DNA of 61,045 bases, filler included, from Hausera hauseri (GCA_046269625.1; 11 parts of 11 records of this genome joined end to end with filler, not necessarily neighbours in it), one strand, 5' to 3'. Counted from the first letter of the whole stretch, positions 38,491-52,568 are shown. A program made the numbers and translations. The notes: generated from the letters alone by a model not told the origin.

Positions 38491-41400
38491 AGACAATTTG
38501 AAATATTCCGAAATCGTGGTGTGGTTTCCAAGTCTTAAATCCAACACATACGGAGCTTGGCGAGTAATAATGAATTGTTACTGATTATAATAATTTAGTA
38601 TCTTCTTGTCTTTGGACTTCGTCTGTGGTTACTCCATTTTTCTTTGGTTTGCGCCCCGTCTTCATTCCACTTTTTCGTATCCCGTATATCCTCCTAATGC
38701 AGATTCGTCAACCCACCATTGGGTCTGTGTTTTCGGGATATAAGAAGCAATTAACGATAATACTAAAACTATCTGAACGTATGATATTGGTCTAGCAATT
38801 ATCGAGGAAGTTTTTGAAGCGCTTTGGAGTAGGTTGTGACGTTTATTGGGCCGTATCTCTATCTTAACAACTCTTTGTACTGACACAACTTCTTTCTCTC
38901 CATTCTTGTTGATATATACCGTGGTTGGCGTAACTCTGGTAACCTCGTACGGTCCTCTGTCGGTGCGGGTCAACTTCAATTAGGTGCTTTTCTTGGCTAC
39001 TGGATAGTGTACATAAACCCAATTTCCTGGTTCCCAATCATGTTGCTTCGCTTTCCTATCATACTGCTTTTTAAATTGCTCTTGATATTCTTGAAATAAC
39101 TCCTTGGCGATTTCCCAACACTTTTGTAGTCGCGTCTGCAATACTTCTGCAAAATTTTGTTCTAAATCATCGGGACTGACCGTGTATGGTGTCATTCCTA
39201 AATCTGTGGGCAACACAGCTTCACGTTTTTACATCATAAAAAACGGTGTAAATCCTGTTGTTGAATGTGACGTGGTATTGATGGCTAATTGAGTCCCTTC
39301 TAAAATTCGTCCCAATCTTTTTGGTCTTTAGCTACCACCGTTGATAGTATACGTATGACATTTGCATTCATTCGTTCTACCATTCCACTGCACTGCGGAT
39401 GGTACGCGGTAGTTGTTAATTGTTCGATTTCAAATATCTTGGTAATCTTCTCGAAAAGTTCACTGATAAAGTTTCTTCCTTGATCCGTTAATATTTGGTC
39501 TGGTGGTCCGTATCGACAAATAATTCTTCTTACTACGGCTTATGCCAAGGTTTCTGCATTTTGATCAATTAATGCTATCAACTCGACAAAATGGGTTAAT
39601 CAATCAATACAGATCAATATATATTTATTGTTCTTCTGGGTCGTAGGAAGAGGTCCTACGATATCGATTCACATGGCTTGCATGGGTCTATCGGGCACAT
39701 TAATTGGTTTTAATTCGGCTACGTAGTTTTTCGTCCTCTTTTGTTTGGTTACACACACTTCAGAGGAATTTACTCAATTTTTTACATCAATATATACTAG
39801 GACAAAAGTATTTATTTATTATTCTTTCTAATGTTTTCTTCCCGGATATGTGTCTGGCCAAATATGAATCATGTTCTGACATCAACACTTCGGTTCGTAA
39901 ACCTTTTGGGACAGCTATCAGTTTCTTCCCTTTTCGTTCGTAATATAAGATGTCTCCTTTATTCCCGTCATTTAAGACGCAGTATTTATGTCCATGACTG
40001 TGTAAATGTTTCTTTAATTGTCGTCCTTTTGGTATAATATCCTTTTTAACAAATTCTATAATCTGTTGAATAACTTTATCCTTTCTTTGTTCTGTTGAGA
40101 TTTTAATTGCTTTATCCGTCGTTAAGGTTTGTTGACGATCTATTATTTCTTCAAGTTGACTTTTCTTCATTATCGTAATTGCGCTTGTTTTAGTCTTTAA
40201 TCTTGATAGAGCATCGGAATGTACATGTTTATTTCCTGGCTTATACTGGAATTCGATATTATATCTGGAGATTTCTTCAATCCACCTGTTTAGTCTGCAC
40301 GTCGGGTTATTTGCTAAACCCTTTAAAGTTGTAACCTCCTTATGATTAGTGACGATTATGATTTTCTGCCCATACACATAAACGTTAAAATGTCGAAGTG
40401 CTTCTTTTACGGCCAGAGTTTCTAATACGGTAACAGAATAATTTTTCTCGGCCTTATTTAAACAGCGGCCTCCATAAGCAATCGGGTGTTCTAACTCTTC
40501 ATCTTCTCCCTTCTGCGCTAATTAATATCCAGTGCCTTCCTCACTGGCGTCTGTCTTGATTATAAAGGGTAAATTAAAGTCTGAGTAACGCAAAACAGGT
40601 TTACTTGTTAATATCTTCTTCATCTCATCGAAGGCTTTCTGTTCTACGTCTGTCCATTTCCATTTAATTCCTTTTTAAGTATACGGTATAAAGATGCATT
40701 AATTTTTGAATTATCTGGCACATGGGTTGCGTAATGTCAGCAGAGTCCTAGCCAGTGCCTCAATTCTTTCTGGTTTTGTGGTTCCATACAATCTGATATT
40801 TTATTCGATAGTGATTTATCCGGTTTCGATCCTCCTTCTCAAACTATATGGCCAAGGTAGGATACCGCATTCTGAGCCCATTTACATATCTACGAATTTA
40901 GTTTCAATCCGGCTTGTTCCAATCTCATCAGTGTGTGTTCATTATTCTTTAAGTGTTCTTCTTCTGTTCTCGGTGCTATCATCACGTCGTCTAAGTACTC
41001 AAATGCATGACCCAATCCCATTAACATTTTGTTCATCATTTTCGTAAATATGGCTGGCCCGGTAGTAATACCGAATGGCATGACGTTAAATTTATAAACA
41101 CCATCGTGTGTTTTGAATGCTGCCTTATAGAGGCCTTCATCTTCTATCTCCACTTGCCAATATTCGGATTGTAAGTCCAGAGTAGTAAACCATTTTTCTC
41201 CTGAAAGTCTGTCTAAAGCCTCTTTACTGATGGTAATAAAAAAGAATCTTTCATCATGAGATTATTTAATGCCCTGTAATCAATGAAGAATCGATGCTTC
41301 GTAGTTCCTTTCTTTTTAACCATAAGGATGGGTGAATACCAAGATCTATAACTGGGCCTAATTATATCGGCCTTAAGCATCCGTTCGACTTCCTTTGTTA

Positions 41401-44400
41401 TTTTGGGCCTTAGTGAATGTGTCGGAAGATACCATTTTGGCATCTTCTGATCTTCCAGGTCTATTTCTTCATTTGAACCGGGCTTTTTCTTGAGCGGAAT
41501 AGTCAGTCTTAATGTTTTAGCCCTACCGATATCCTCGTCGTCCTTAGCAATGACTGATTTATGGCGGTACAACAGCTCATAAAATCGACAGTAGGATTCA
41601 GGAAAGAACTTAGTTTCCACATGGGGTGGAAATTCGGCATACTTGTAAGGTTTTTCTTCAACAGTTATCGACGACACTCCATACGTATCTCCTAGAGTAG
41701 TATAAGCATGAAGCTTTACGGGTTCCGGTGCGTTGTTTGTTATCCTGATTGGTATACGACCGGAGTGTACTCTTGTCAGTACGTTACTGAGCGTTATATT
41801 TGGATTTAATGCCTCCTTTGGTTCAAAACATACCGGTTGATAGTCATCTTGTTGAACTTGAGCATAGAATATTATCTCTGTTCTCGATGGAATGTTCTCA
41901 TCTAGAGGCATCCACACCTCTCCGAGCGTTTTTTATACCTTTATTTGGTCTGGTTTCTATTAATTTTCCTGTTTGCTAGTAGATCGCTATATTTGGTAAC
42001 CTTTTCAGTAGATCACACCTTAAAACTACGTCGTTGGTTAATTGTTCCATAACTGTAAATTAATGGCGGAAAAACTGTCCAGCTATTTAAACTTCTGGGT
42101 TCCATTTAAACATGGGTATCGACATTTGGCCAAAAGCTCCTGTACTTCCTGGATCTTTTGTATACGGTGGATATAATTGTCTTTTGAGCGTTTGAGGTAT
42201 TGAATCATTTTTAATGTAAGACATCTCAGAACCTGTATCGATTAATGCATAAACTTCCCAATCTTCAATAATGATTTTGGCGAAAGATCTTCCTTCTATT
42301 ACTGTTCCAAAATAGTTTGATGCAACTTTTTGGCGTTTAGTCGCCGATATTTTATGTTCGTTGATTCGGATTTCTGGGGAGGATACTATATTTTCCGACA
42401 ATTGTCTTAATTCTCCGTTTGGATATAATTCATTGTTTTCTATTTTCAATTCTTCCGTTTCATATGTACTAATTAATGGTTCTCGATTATTAGTGTGTGG
42501 TTCCATATTCTGGAAGGTTTTTAATCTTGGATTTTCCCAAATAGTCGATCTAGTTTCTATATTCCGAGGTTCTTTGGGAAATATAATATTCTAGGGTCGT
42601 CGAGGGGCTGTCGATAGCACATTTTCCGTAGGACTCCGTAACGTTTCGTTACTTCACAAGGGTTTTCTAAGCTAATTGTCCTTTGGTAGATTTCCGTTTG
42701 ATGAGAGCTTGCTGATCGTTTGTCAGTCTTCATAGACTGGAGAAGTAGGGGGCAGCATAGGCAATAGTGCTTTAATGGCAGAATACATCTTATGTCTGTT
42801 TGTTCATGAAAATACTTCTCCTCCCTTTGGATCGTCATCATCTGAATTATTCCTTCGTATATTGGGTTTTGTAAATTTAAGCTTGTGCAAGAACATAGGC
42901 CTTCCTTTTCGTTTACGATTATAATAACCAACATGGCGTTTTACGTACGATTTCCATCTATTTTCTTCGTTTATTTTTAAGAATTTCCCAAAGGGAGTTA
43001 TGATTGCAGTCAATATTTTACATGAAAATCCGGTTAATGTAAATATTTCGTACCCATTAGTTACTGCCTAGATGACTGCCTTAATCATTTGTATTAAAAA
43101 ATATATTGATAAGAATCCGGATGCGGCTTGGCCAAAAATCAGAAATCTTCCCCAAATTTTGAAGAGTATTTATGTGGTTACTCGCTGATAATAGTTTACG
43201 CCGAGTAGTGACTCCCATTTAGCCTGATATCGAGTATCGTCTACTACTGAGGCCATAGCTCGGTTTAATTCGTGTGTTCGCTGTCGCGGTAAAGCAAGAA
43301 ATTATCTGAAGGCCTCGATTTTCTTAGGCCTATATATGCCTTTGGACAAGGTATCTTGAAATTTGTCGTCCGTAATCCCTTTTGCAAAATTTGTTACGGT
43401 TAATTTATTTGGAGCGACAGTAATACCTCCATTTGCCAAACTACCCCAATCTCTTTCACTACGCCTAAGCATGGGTTACCCTAAGCTTGCTTTACAATCT
43501 TTAAGGATGGTTGGTTGGGTATCATTATCCAATAACACTATCGTCAACGGTGTAGCTAACGTTGGAGTATTCTGATAAATAACAGGGAGTTCCTGAATGC
43601 AACGTTTTTCTTCAACGTTGATGGGCACATCCCTCTTTTCACATTCGTAAGTTAGCAGTACTTCGCCCGTGACCCCACCGAAAATTCTTTCTCTCATAGG
43701 AATTATTGGAGAAGCCAGTTCTGAGTTAGCGTATATAAGAGCTAATTTAGTCCTATTGATCTCGATGTCTAATTTACAGTCATTTGTTATCATTTTGTGA
43801 TATAATTCAGTTATTCCGACTTGCCCTTTGTAATAGAAGTAATCGTCTCTGGTTTCAGATAATCTTCAATTCGGATATTCTGCGTTTCAAACTTTTAAGT
43901 CTTCTCGTTTATTTCTGTCTCGGTGACGAAAAACGCCTCATAGTTAGTAGCGAACATCACTACTTCGCAACGAGTAATCATTTATTTCTTAATAAATTTT
44001 AGTCCATGCTGATCAGAGATTAATATAGAGGACGTAGGATGTCTGACGTATTCGCGTTTCCTTGAGTTGGTATCAGATTTATCTACATAACGCTTTCCGG
44101 TAGTTTCATTAAACTTTAATTCCTTAATTTTGATAAAGTTACAACTTCTTCCAGAAGGAGGTTCCCATATTATAACCGAACTTCTAAAAGCACAGGTTCC
44201 GTCTTGTAAATGACATTTTTGATTCTCGATATATAGTTTAGTGACACTATGGAACATAACTTTCTGTGCTCACATCTCTGATTCATAGAAATCCACGACT
44301 ACTACGTTTGCTTGTAATCCTTTTCCGGTGTCGTATTGCGCTCCGTTACAATGTCCGCTATGCATATCTAACCTTCCGACCAGTACTTTGTATGGCCTAA

Positions 44401-45923
44401 TTATCTTTCCTTGTTGCATTTCTAATTCCATATTGCCCATTGTACTCTTTCCGTATCCTTAGCCTGTTTGCAGTGCTGGTGTTCTAAGTTCATTAGGATT
44501 AGAGGATTTGTTGGTTTGTACTAACCCATGTGTACTAACCCATAGTGAAAAATGCTTCGAGATCGTCTCAGCATACATTCCATCCCATTTAATGATATCA
44601 ATTCTTGTTGTTGGTACAGAAAATAATTTTTCTCTCTCGTTTCTAGCCTGTGCGGTCTGGCATCTTCGCACGCTTCCAAATCCATTAAGGACTATCTCTG
44701 TCCCAATTTAAACTTATCACAATCATATACGGTAACAGCGCCTATGTGCTTTATTGGCATGATCAAGGTGAGTAAGCTGATTAGCCAATTTGATTCATTT
44801 TTCCGGTGGCCAACATCCGTCGTTGTCAAATTTCGTAACATATCGTCGAGTCTATTACTGGTCCATTTGTCTTCTTCCTTGTCAAATAGTCTTGACCAAT
44901 TCACTTCGCAGGGCAGCTTTCTCGCCGCTCTTCGTGCTAAGCTTATAGCTCTATTGATTTCATTCTCTCGATTAGGGTTTATTTTAACAGCTAAGTATAG
45001 TAATACTTTTCTCAATTCCTCGTTGGTGTTTTCTATCATAATCTTTTCTATTACTGATTCGTCGGTTAAGTTGCTTTTTGATAACTTAAAACGTGAACTT
45101 CGAATCATTCTGGCTGCATCGAATATTATCTTTTCTTTATTATTTAATACATCACCTCGAAGGCTTGAATAATTTACAATACGTATTAAACTCTTCATTA
45201 ACTCGCTTAATTCCTCATTGTTTGTACTGGAGGTCGGAATCGACATCTGTCTCAGTTCTCTAATTAGTTCTCCATTATAATAGACTTCTTCTCTCGTCTT
45301 TTTCGGCATACCAACTGGGCGTTTTGGCCTTGGCCCTTTTGTTGTCATTTCTCTCAGTGGTACTAAATTTATATCGTATTGTCCCTTGTCTTCATCCGAT
45401 TGTAAATATTCAAAATACATTGCAGCATCTCGGACTCCGATAATCTGTCCCACGCACTGCTCGGACCTTGCCGCACGTGCGGCTTCCTCTTTTGCCTGCT
45501 CATTAGCTATTGTTGCTATTATTCGATTTGTTTCGTCGGAAATAATCCCGACATCTATTAATTGTTCTAGATCGTCGAGTATTCTACCTCTAAAGTAAAA
45601 TCTATAATTTAACTCGTTTGTTCCGCCGTTATTTAATAACCATTCTCTTCCGTCCCTCACATAGGAATATGTAGTTAATTTACATTCTTTTTCGTCCATC
45701 TACTCGGACGATATCATTATTTTCATCGCGACCTCTGGTTTAGACCTCAAGATTTTAGCGTATTCCCTTATCAAAAGTATTGGCATCGTGCTATAAATCG
45801 TATTCTCACTAGATAATTTAGTTAATGTAGGAATAAGTTGTCTTAACTTATTTTCGGTAATGTTTACGTTAATTAGTTCGATTAAGTCACTTTCAATTAG
45901 CGCTTAATCCAGGAGCATCTCCA
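38491..45923 (-). mobile_element. Family A gypsy copy 2 (most complete): Ubl-glycoprotein-PR-RT-RH-INT-signal peptide
   Basis: ORF 44692-45699 joins the Ubl to the signal peptide and VTVYDC; ALIDTGSE at about 42235; YLDD at about 40990; RNase H and integrase motifs 40600-38860. Confidence 0.92.
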
Positions 45924-47250
45924 NNNNNNNNNNNNNNNNNNNNNNNNNNNNNNNNNNNNNNNNNNNNTTAATTAATTAANNNNNNNNNNNNNNNNNNNNN
46001 NNNNNNNNNNNNNNNNNNNNNNNATAAAAAAAAAAAAAAAAAACCCCCCCCCCCCCCCCCCGCGTTTTCTGCATTCTGGTGTATTTCAACAGGTCAGGTT
46101 CCTGAACATATTTTTACCTACATAAAAAAATACATTATTAAATAATTAAATTAGAGACAGACTGTTCAATTAGTTGCATCATTTTGTTTATAATCTCACT
46201 GCTATAACTATGGTAATATTAGGACACAATTTATCACAAACCATGACTTTAGAGAATCATTTTACATTTATACATTCATAGTTTATTCGTAATTTAGTTT
46301 TATTTGTAACAGAACATGCCTTTGTGCCAAGCAATGATGACCCTCAACTGTATGTTTAAAACTAAGAATATTAAAAACTTTACCCAATAAACAGGTAAAA
46401 TATTGATAACCAACAACAGTGAATTTAGGAAACATTTCTTTAGCTGATTTAATGACAGGTCTACTCATAATAAACTGCCATGACTTATCAAACTCTTCAG
46501 AACATAAAATAACACTGTGGCAAACAATGATGGCATAAAGGATAACTTGTCAGTTTGGGTCGAAATATAAACAAGAAGTCAAGAAAGAAAGTATGGGAAG
46601 TGATTTGTGCCTGCAGGAACTGAATTTAAATTGTTCAGATTGAATCACATTGCATAAATTGAAATTCAACCTGGAAGGACTCACACAAAGACAGACTAAA
46701 ACTAGAAGCACTCGGAGAGCGCAAACCTCCGCCAAGGCCAATTTCCTCTATCCTTTTCTCCGTGCTTCAGAAGCAAACCAAAACCAGTCTCGGCTCCTAT
46801 CTCCTCCATTATAAATTTCTTCAAGTCTGAAGTCAGATTTCAAAGATTACTACTTTTTTAACTTGCCATATCTCAGGCATAAAAGGGTCTACATAGTTGA
46901 AATTTTATTTCAGTAAAGACCAAGGTCTTGTGACGCTCACAGTCCAAGAATTTTTTCAATAGACCTTACTATTACAGGGTTAGGCCTTTTGTCATCGTAC
47001 GGAGCACAATGAAATTACATTGAAAGGGATAGTGCAGATTAGCTGGCGAATGACAAGGAAAGTGTCAAGTCTCATGTTATGAAACACAGGGCAGCCATCC
47101 TAAAAAAAACAACAACAACCTACCTTGCTACACAACATCGCCTTGGTCTTCATCACTGTCTGTCTGTCGATTCTGGGTAGCCTTTTTTGCACTCTGTAAT
47201 AGAATAGTGTCAAAAGTAATTAATATTTCACATTATAACAGTGGTAAAAT

Positions 47251-47415
47251 TCAAATTAATGAATTTTTTTTTTTACTTACCTTGTCCTTATTATACTTAG
47301 GTTGGTATTTCGAGCCTCCCTCACGGTAAGGGGCAAACTTCAGAATTTCAGCCAACTCTTCATTAACATCCTGTTTAGTTGCCCTTTTGTAGGTGTTCAA
47401 GCATGCTTCTATAAT
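47251..47415 (-). pseudogene. Transposon-associated DUF4806/BEN-like C-terminal exon
   Basis: IIEAC..ATKQDVNEELAEILKFAPYREGG resembles LK.AP.R.GG endings. Confidence 0.35.
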
Positions 47416-50208
47416 AGCAAGCACACATATGCAACTGTAGTGCCGACTTTGAATTTCAGACAAAGAATGATCATTCTGTAAACTATTGCAAACTTATTCT
47501 TCAGCTTCACAATGATGCAGGCTGTATCTGACACTGACCCAGAGCTGGCACAGATGTTTTTTCCTCCTTTTTCTCTGGAAATGTTAAAAAACACAAATAC
47601 TGGATGTAGAAAATATCTGAATAAACCTGCCTGTCTGACAACGTGACTATTTTGTTTATGATGCTCAATCAGTACATTACCGTCTTTCATTAGTGAGTCA
47701 TCCAAATTTCTGAATGCAGTCTAGCTAGTCAACAATCCAATAATGTCCATATTTACATGTCTAAAATCAGTAAATAATATATTTGACAACACATAAAATC
47801 CTATTTAAATAAGGCTAAACATGAACATTGAAGCTGTTTAATGTTAGCATACAGGTTTTACAGTTAAATATTTTTTTGTTAAATACACATATTTACCTGT
47901 GAAACATAACCCTTTTAGCTCTTTTAAACATGTAACAATTTCTGCAGTTTATACTATAGTATTTGTACGTTTAAAAAGCGTTTTTTGCACCGCGCTACGT
48001 TCTGCTCATTCATTTCAATGGTTAGCATTAGCATTAGCTCAATGCATAAAAATCCCCCTTGCGAAGCACGCCCTGGTCACGTGCCGCCCAATCCAGTATG
48101 GCTCCTGCTTTAGCTTATTGGCTAACTTCTTCCTACCGAACATGACATTGAACAATTGTGACTTTTAAAATACATTAAACATTATTATTTTTGCATAATA
48201 TGTAAATGCTATCCTTAATTGTGGTTGATAAAATTAGCAAAAACATATCTTACGCTCATTACGGCGAAAAAGGTGGAGCGGTAAGGCCTCATTTTAAAAT
48301 TGGCTGAAATCTTGTGTATCTTTGAAATAACGAAGCCTCAATGTGCATTGTATATGATTCTCTGTAATTACCTACCTTTAATGGATGGATGCACAAGAAA
48401 ACACGTCGATTCTTCAATAAATGAAGTGTTCGCTATTGTCCTCTTCAATCAATGCGCGGTTTGTACAGTGCCGACGTCACATCCGCATAGCTTGCTTCCG
48501 CTTTGAGGAACTAAAAGATAAGGTTTTGTTTCAGAAGCAAGTTAAACACTATCACGAACACTGTTGCTGGGGTGAAATGATACCTCAAATAATTCGATTA
48601 CTAAAAGTCCTCGAGGCAATTTATCTGCCTCGAAACTTCGTAAAATATATCAAATATAATCAGCGCACTTTCGTCCCGCCGGAATGTTATTTGTGTTACA
48701 CAACGTTAGCTTCCGGTTCCGTCGACGTGTGCTTGCTAAGCGCTATATTTAGCTTAAGAAGAAGAAATGAGTGCCTCAACAAAGCGCTTAAAAAACGACA
48801 GATTATTAAAAATGTGAACACAAAACAAAACAGAAAAGAAGACAATGCGCTACACGTTCTCGATGTTTTTCCACCGGAACAAAACAGCTGCTGCATGAAC
48901 CAAGCCTCCTGAGCTAACAACAGGTACGTTCTCTTTGCAAAATACAGTTATCTAGCTGATAGCTGATAAGTCATGTTAAAGATGTACAACAAGGAGGAGG
49001 TATATTTTGGCTAACGTTATTTGTGCTGACTAATCATGGTGACCTGGTAGGGTTTTATTAAACTTTGTTTAAGTTGTGTGATTAAAAACATAATTAAAGT
49101 ATAACAGCAGTAAAAGCACAAATAGAAAATGTAAATAAGTAATGTATGTAAGTAATTTGTATCTGATGTTGGATTAAAAAAACGCACAGCAACAGATTAA
49201 CAGAGCTGAAACACATTTATTTGTTGATATGCTTTTATCTTCATTTAACTGAGATACTTCGAGTAAATATTTCTTGTTTAAGTGTATTTATAGAAGATAG
49301 TAAGATTTATTTATTTATTTATTTATTGCTGCTGCTTTTATGACTTCAGTCTTCATTACTTCTGTCATATTTGTTTGTAGCTAAGCAGTGAAGACTAAAT
49401 CTTTTATTGCCTATATGGGAATCCTTCACCAACCTAATAACAGTCTTAAAAAATATGAATTTAATGTTATAACAAGTTTACTCAACAAAACTCAATTGCA
49501 ACATCCAAATGTTATTACCCATTTTACTTATTAAATTTCTAAAAAATAAAATCATATTCAATTTTCTAATCCATAACAATAAATTTACAGCATTTAGATT
49601 ATACTGTGATGGTTAAAAGTGATTCAATGACAGACTGATTTTAAGTAATGCCTCCTCAAACCTCACATACATAAATACAAGTAACTGGAACTTAAAATGC
49701 ATGAATTAATACAACTGGTTTTGTAATTTAACTTTGATTGTAGCTAAATATTGCAGAGATTGAGCTAAATATAAAGTTATTTTATATATCATTGCTCAAA
49801 GTTTTTATTATTTTTTATACATAAAATACAAGCTACTGTATTAGTTTCAAAAGCTTTATATTTTGAGAAAAGTTTTGAGTTTTATCCACTTTTGTTTGTG
49901 GATTATTGAAAATTATGTATAATGTGTTCTTTTTTCATGATGTTTTGGGGGCTCATTGAACCTTCTATCCACAAAATGATTCACTCATCAAGAACCAGAG
50001 CTGCTGAGGGAAGGAATGATCCAGTAACTACTGTCACAATGTACAATTTGTATTTACAGGTTCCATGTGTTCACATCATTTATGCTGTATGAATTTTGTG
50101 ACAACTTTTTTTTACTGTGGATTAGTGCTATACAACAATGTTATCTTCAGACTATGCTGTTGTTTATTTTTTTTAAATTGTGACTCTTCCTGCTTTTTCT
50201 TTTACCAG

Positions 50209-50474
50209 AGGCATTCCTTGCAGCCATTTGATGAGCTGTTCCTGTTCCAAATGTACTTGGCTGCAGGTGTCAAGGAGACAGACTTGGCAAAACATTTTAA
50301 TATTCACCCTTCCACTGTAAGCCGCATCACTACTTCATGGACCAATTATTTGTACACTCTTTTGGGGGCTTTGTGTATATGGATTGATGCAGTGGACATC
50401 CACGCTCACCTCCCTGATTACTTCAAAGATTTTCCTTATACTTGGGTCATAGTAGACTGTACTGAGCTGCAAGA
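50209..50474 (+). mobile_element. PIF/Harbinger-type (ISL2EU-like) transposase exon, HTH plus start of DDE domain
   Basis: DELFLF..YL..G..E.DLA..F.IH.STVSRI..SW.NYLY..LP..FK.FP.T.VI.DCTEL; bounded by AG/GT. Confidence 0.8.
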
Positions 50475-51536
50475 GGTTTTAGTTTTTGATGTTTGCTGCC
50501 ACAACAGCACTTTGTTTTGTTACTTTTTTTTTAGATTACAACTCCTGGCCTCCATGTGCACCCTGGGTCTAACCTTAAACAAAAATCCACCAAACATGAC
50601 ACAAACATATTAATGTACCAATTTCAAGATGTTTTATGTGCAGCTGTACGGTTCAGAGCATCAATACTGAAGTTAAAACAGTGATGAAAGTAATAAATTT
50701 CTATGTCAAACTATGTTAAAAGGCTAGATTTAATATTTTTAAAAATTTCCATGATGATTACATTTGAAAAATGTATACTAAAATCAGTATTAGTGTAATG
50801 TTGGAAAATTCACCTATGTTAAGTAATGTGACATGGAACTGATGTTGCTATTTCAACATTGATCAGAATTGCAAAATCTAAACAATAATCAATGTTGACT
50901 AAAAGTTAGCAAGTTCTTTCAAATTGTTTTCCCCTCATCTTTCCTTGTGTGATTTTTAGTTTTTTCTTTTAAGGGTAGCGCCTCCTCACAATGTTTTCAT
51001 GAGTTCTGTACAGGGGTTGGCGGCTGCATGACCCAGAGCACCTGTTCTCCTATGTTTATGTTCTGTCTTCTTCTGAATGGGTGTTCTGAAATGTAATTTC
51101 ATTGTGCTCTGTACAATGACAATAAAGGCCTTATCTTAAATTCACCTATGTTGAGAAAAATGACGTATAACAGACCTTAGTATTTCAACGTTGATCAGAT
51201 TTGCAAAATCAAAACAAAATTCAATGGCTATCCAACACAACCATCTGATGTTGAACAGTGACTAAATGTCAAAATGCCAGCTGGGATGATTGTTAGAAAA
51301 GTTGCATTTTCTATAAAATGACTGTTAAGGAAAATAAAGATTTGTTTAGTTGTTTTTATAACAAAATAACCCCCCCCCCAAATTAAATCCATTTCTTTTT
51401 ATGTATTTAGTGAGGCATCTTTAGACTAAAAAAACTGTCTAAAACAACAGCTTGCAGAGACTAACTACAATGAGGACAAATCTCTTTACACATGCACGCG
51501 ACATACCCGGTCAGGTGGCAAGCGAAACATTTGTTT

Positions 51537-51917
51537 AATGTTATAATGACGCTGGGTTGGAACGTTATATCTAGGTTTGTTAAAACGTTATTGAATAACC
51601 CTCAAAGAATGTTATAATAACGTTGGGTTGGAACGTTATATTTAGGTTTGTTCTAACTTTAGTCAAAACCTTCAAATAATGTTATAAAAACGTTAGGCTG
51701 GAACGTTATTTGTAGGTTTGTTCAAACATTAGTCGAAACCTTCAAAGAACATTATAACAACGTTGGGTTGGAACGTTGTATTTAGGTTTGCTAAAACGTT
51801 ATTCAAAAACCTTCAAAGAATGTTACAATAACGTTAGGCGGGAACGTTATATCTAGGTTTGTTAAAACGTTATTGAATAACCCTCAAAGAATGTTATAAT
51901 AACGTTGGGTTGGAACG
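51537..51917. repeat. Satellite/minisatellite, about 71-bp unit, more than 5 copies
   Basis: AATGTTATAATAACGTTGGGTTGGAACGTTATATCTAGGTTTGTT... repeated up to the contig end. Confidence 0.92.
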
Positions 51918-52322
51918 NNNNNNNNNNNNNNNNNNNNNNNNNNNNNNNNNNNNNNNNNNNNTTAATTAATTAANNNNNNNNNNNNNNNNNNNNNNNNNNN
52001 NNNNNNNNNNNNNNNNNGTTGGAACAAATTCCTCACAAAATAAATGTTCAACCATTTTCTCACATTATTAATCATCATTATATTTTGCACATCACTCTGA
52101 CTATTTGTTTTAAAAATGACCCATATTTACAGTAAAATTCGTTTCATTGTCAGTCATGTTTATACGAAACTAATTTTCGATTTTTCAAACTACAATATAT
52201 GCTGTCTCTTCGAATCACAACCAAAGTTATGAATCCTCAATGGATTTCATATCTATGCAATGAGTTTAAATGTTAGCTGTTTCATTCAACATTATGAACC
52301 AAATCAACCACTGTTCCTTCAG

Positions 52323-52568
52323 GTTCAGTGGTCTCCCCACAAAGAAACATTGCTGGTATCGGGCAGCAGTGATTTTCGTATTCATTTGTGGGATTTAGCC
52401 AAACATAATCAACCAGGAAATGGTGAATACAGTCCAGAATTAGCATTTATACACGCTGGACACATAGCTAAAGTTATCGACGTTAATTGGAATCTCAATG
52501 TGCCGTTTACAGTTGCCTCTGTATCGTACGATAACATATTACAATTATGGCAGCCATGTACCTTTTAG
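52323..52568 (+). CDS. Last exon of histone-binding WD40 protein RBBP4/7 (MSI1/p55)-like
   Basis: [49 protein letters not shown]; TTCAG acceptor and AATAAA after the stop. Confidence 0.85.
   Translation, partial: VQWSPHKETLLVSGSSDFRIHLWDLAKHNQPGNGEYSPELAFIHAGHIAKVIDVNWNLNVPFTVASVSYDNILQLWQPCTF

Noticed and set aside
46025-46061. Poly-A/poly-C run
   Set aside because: At a contig edge; likely sequencing or assembly artefact
51537-51917. Possible CRISPR-like array
   Set aside because: Whole 71-bp unit repeats with no unique spacers, eukaryotic context and no cas genes
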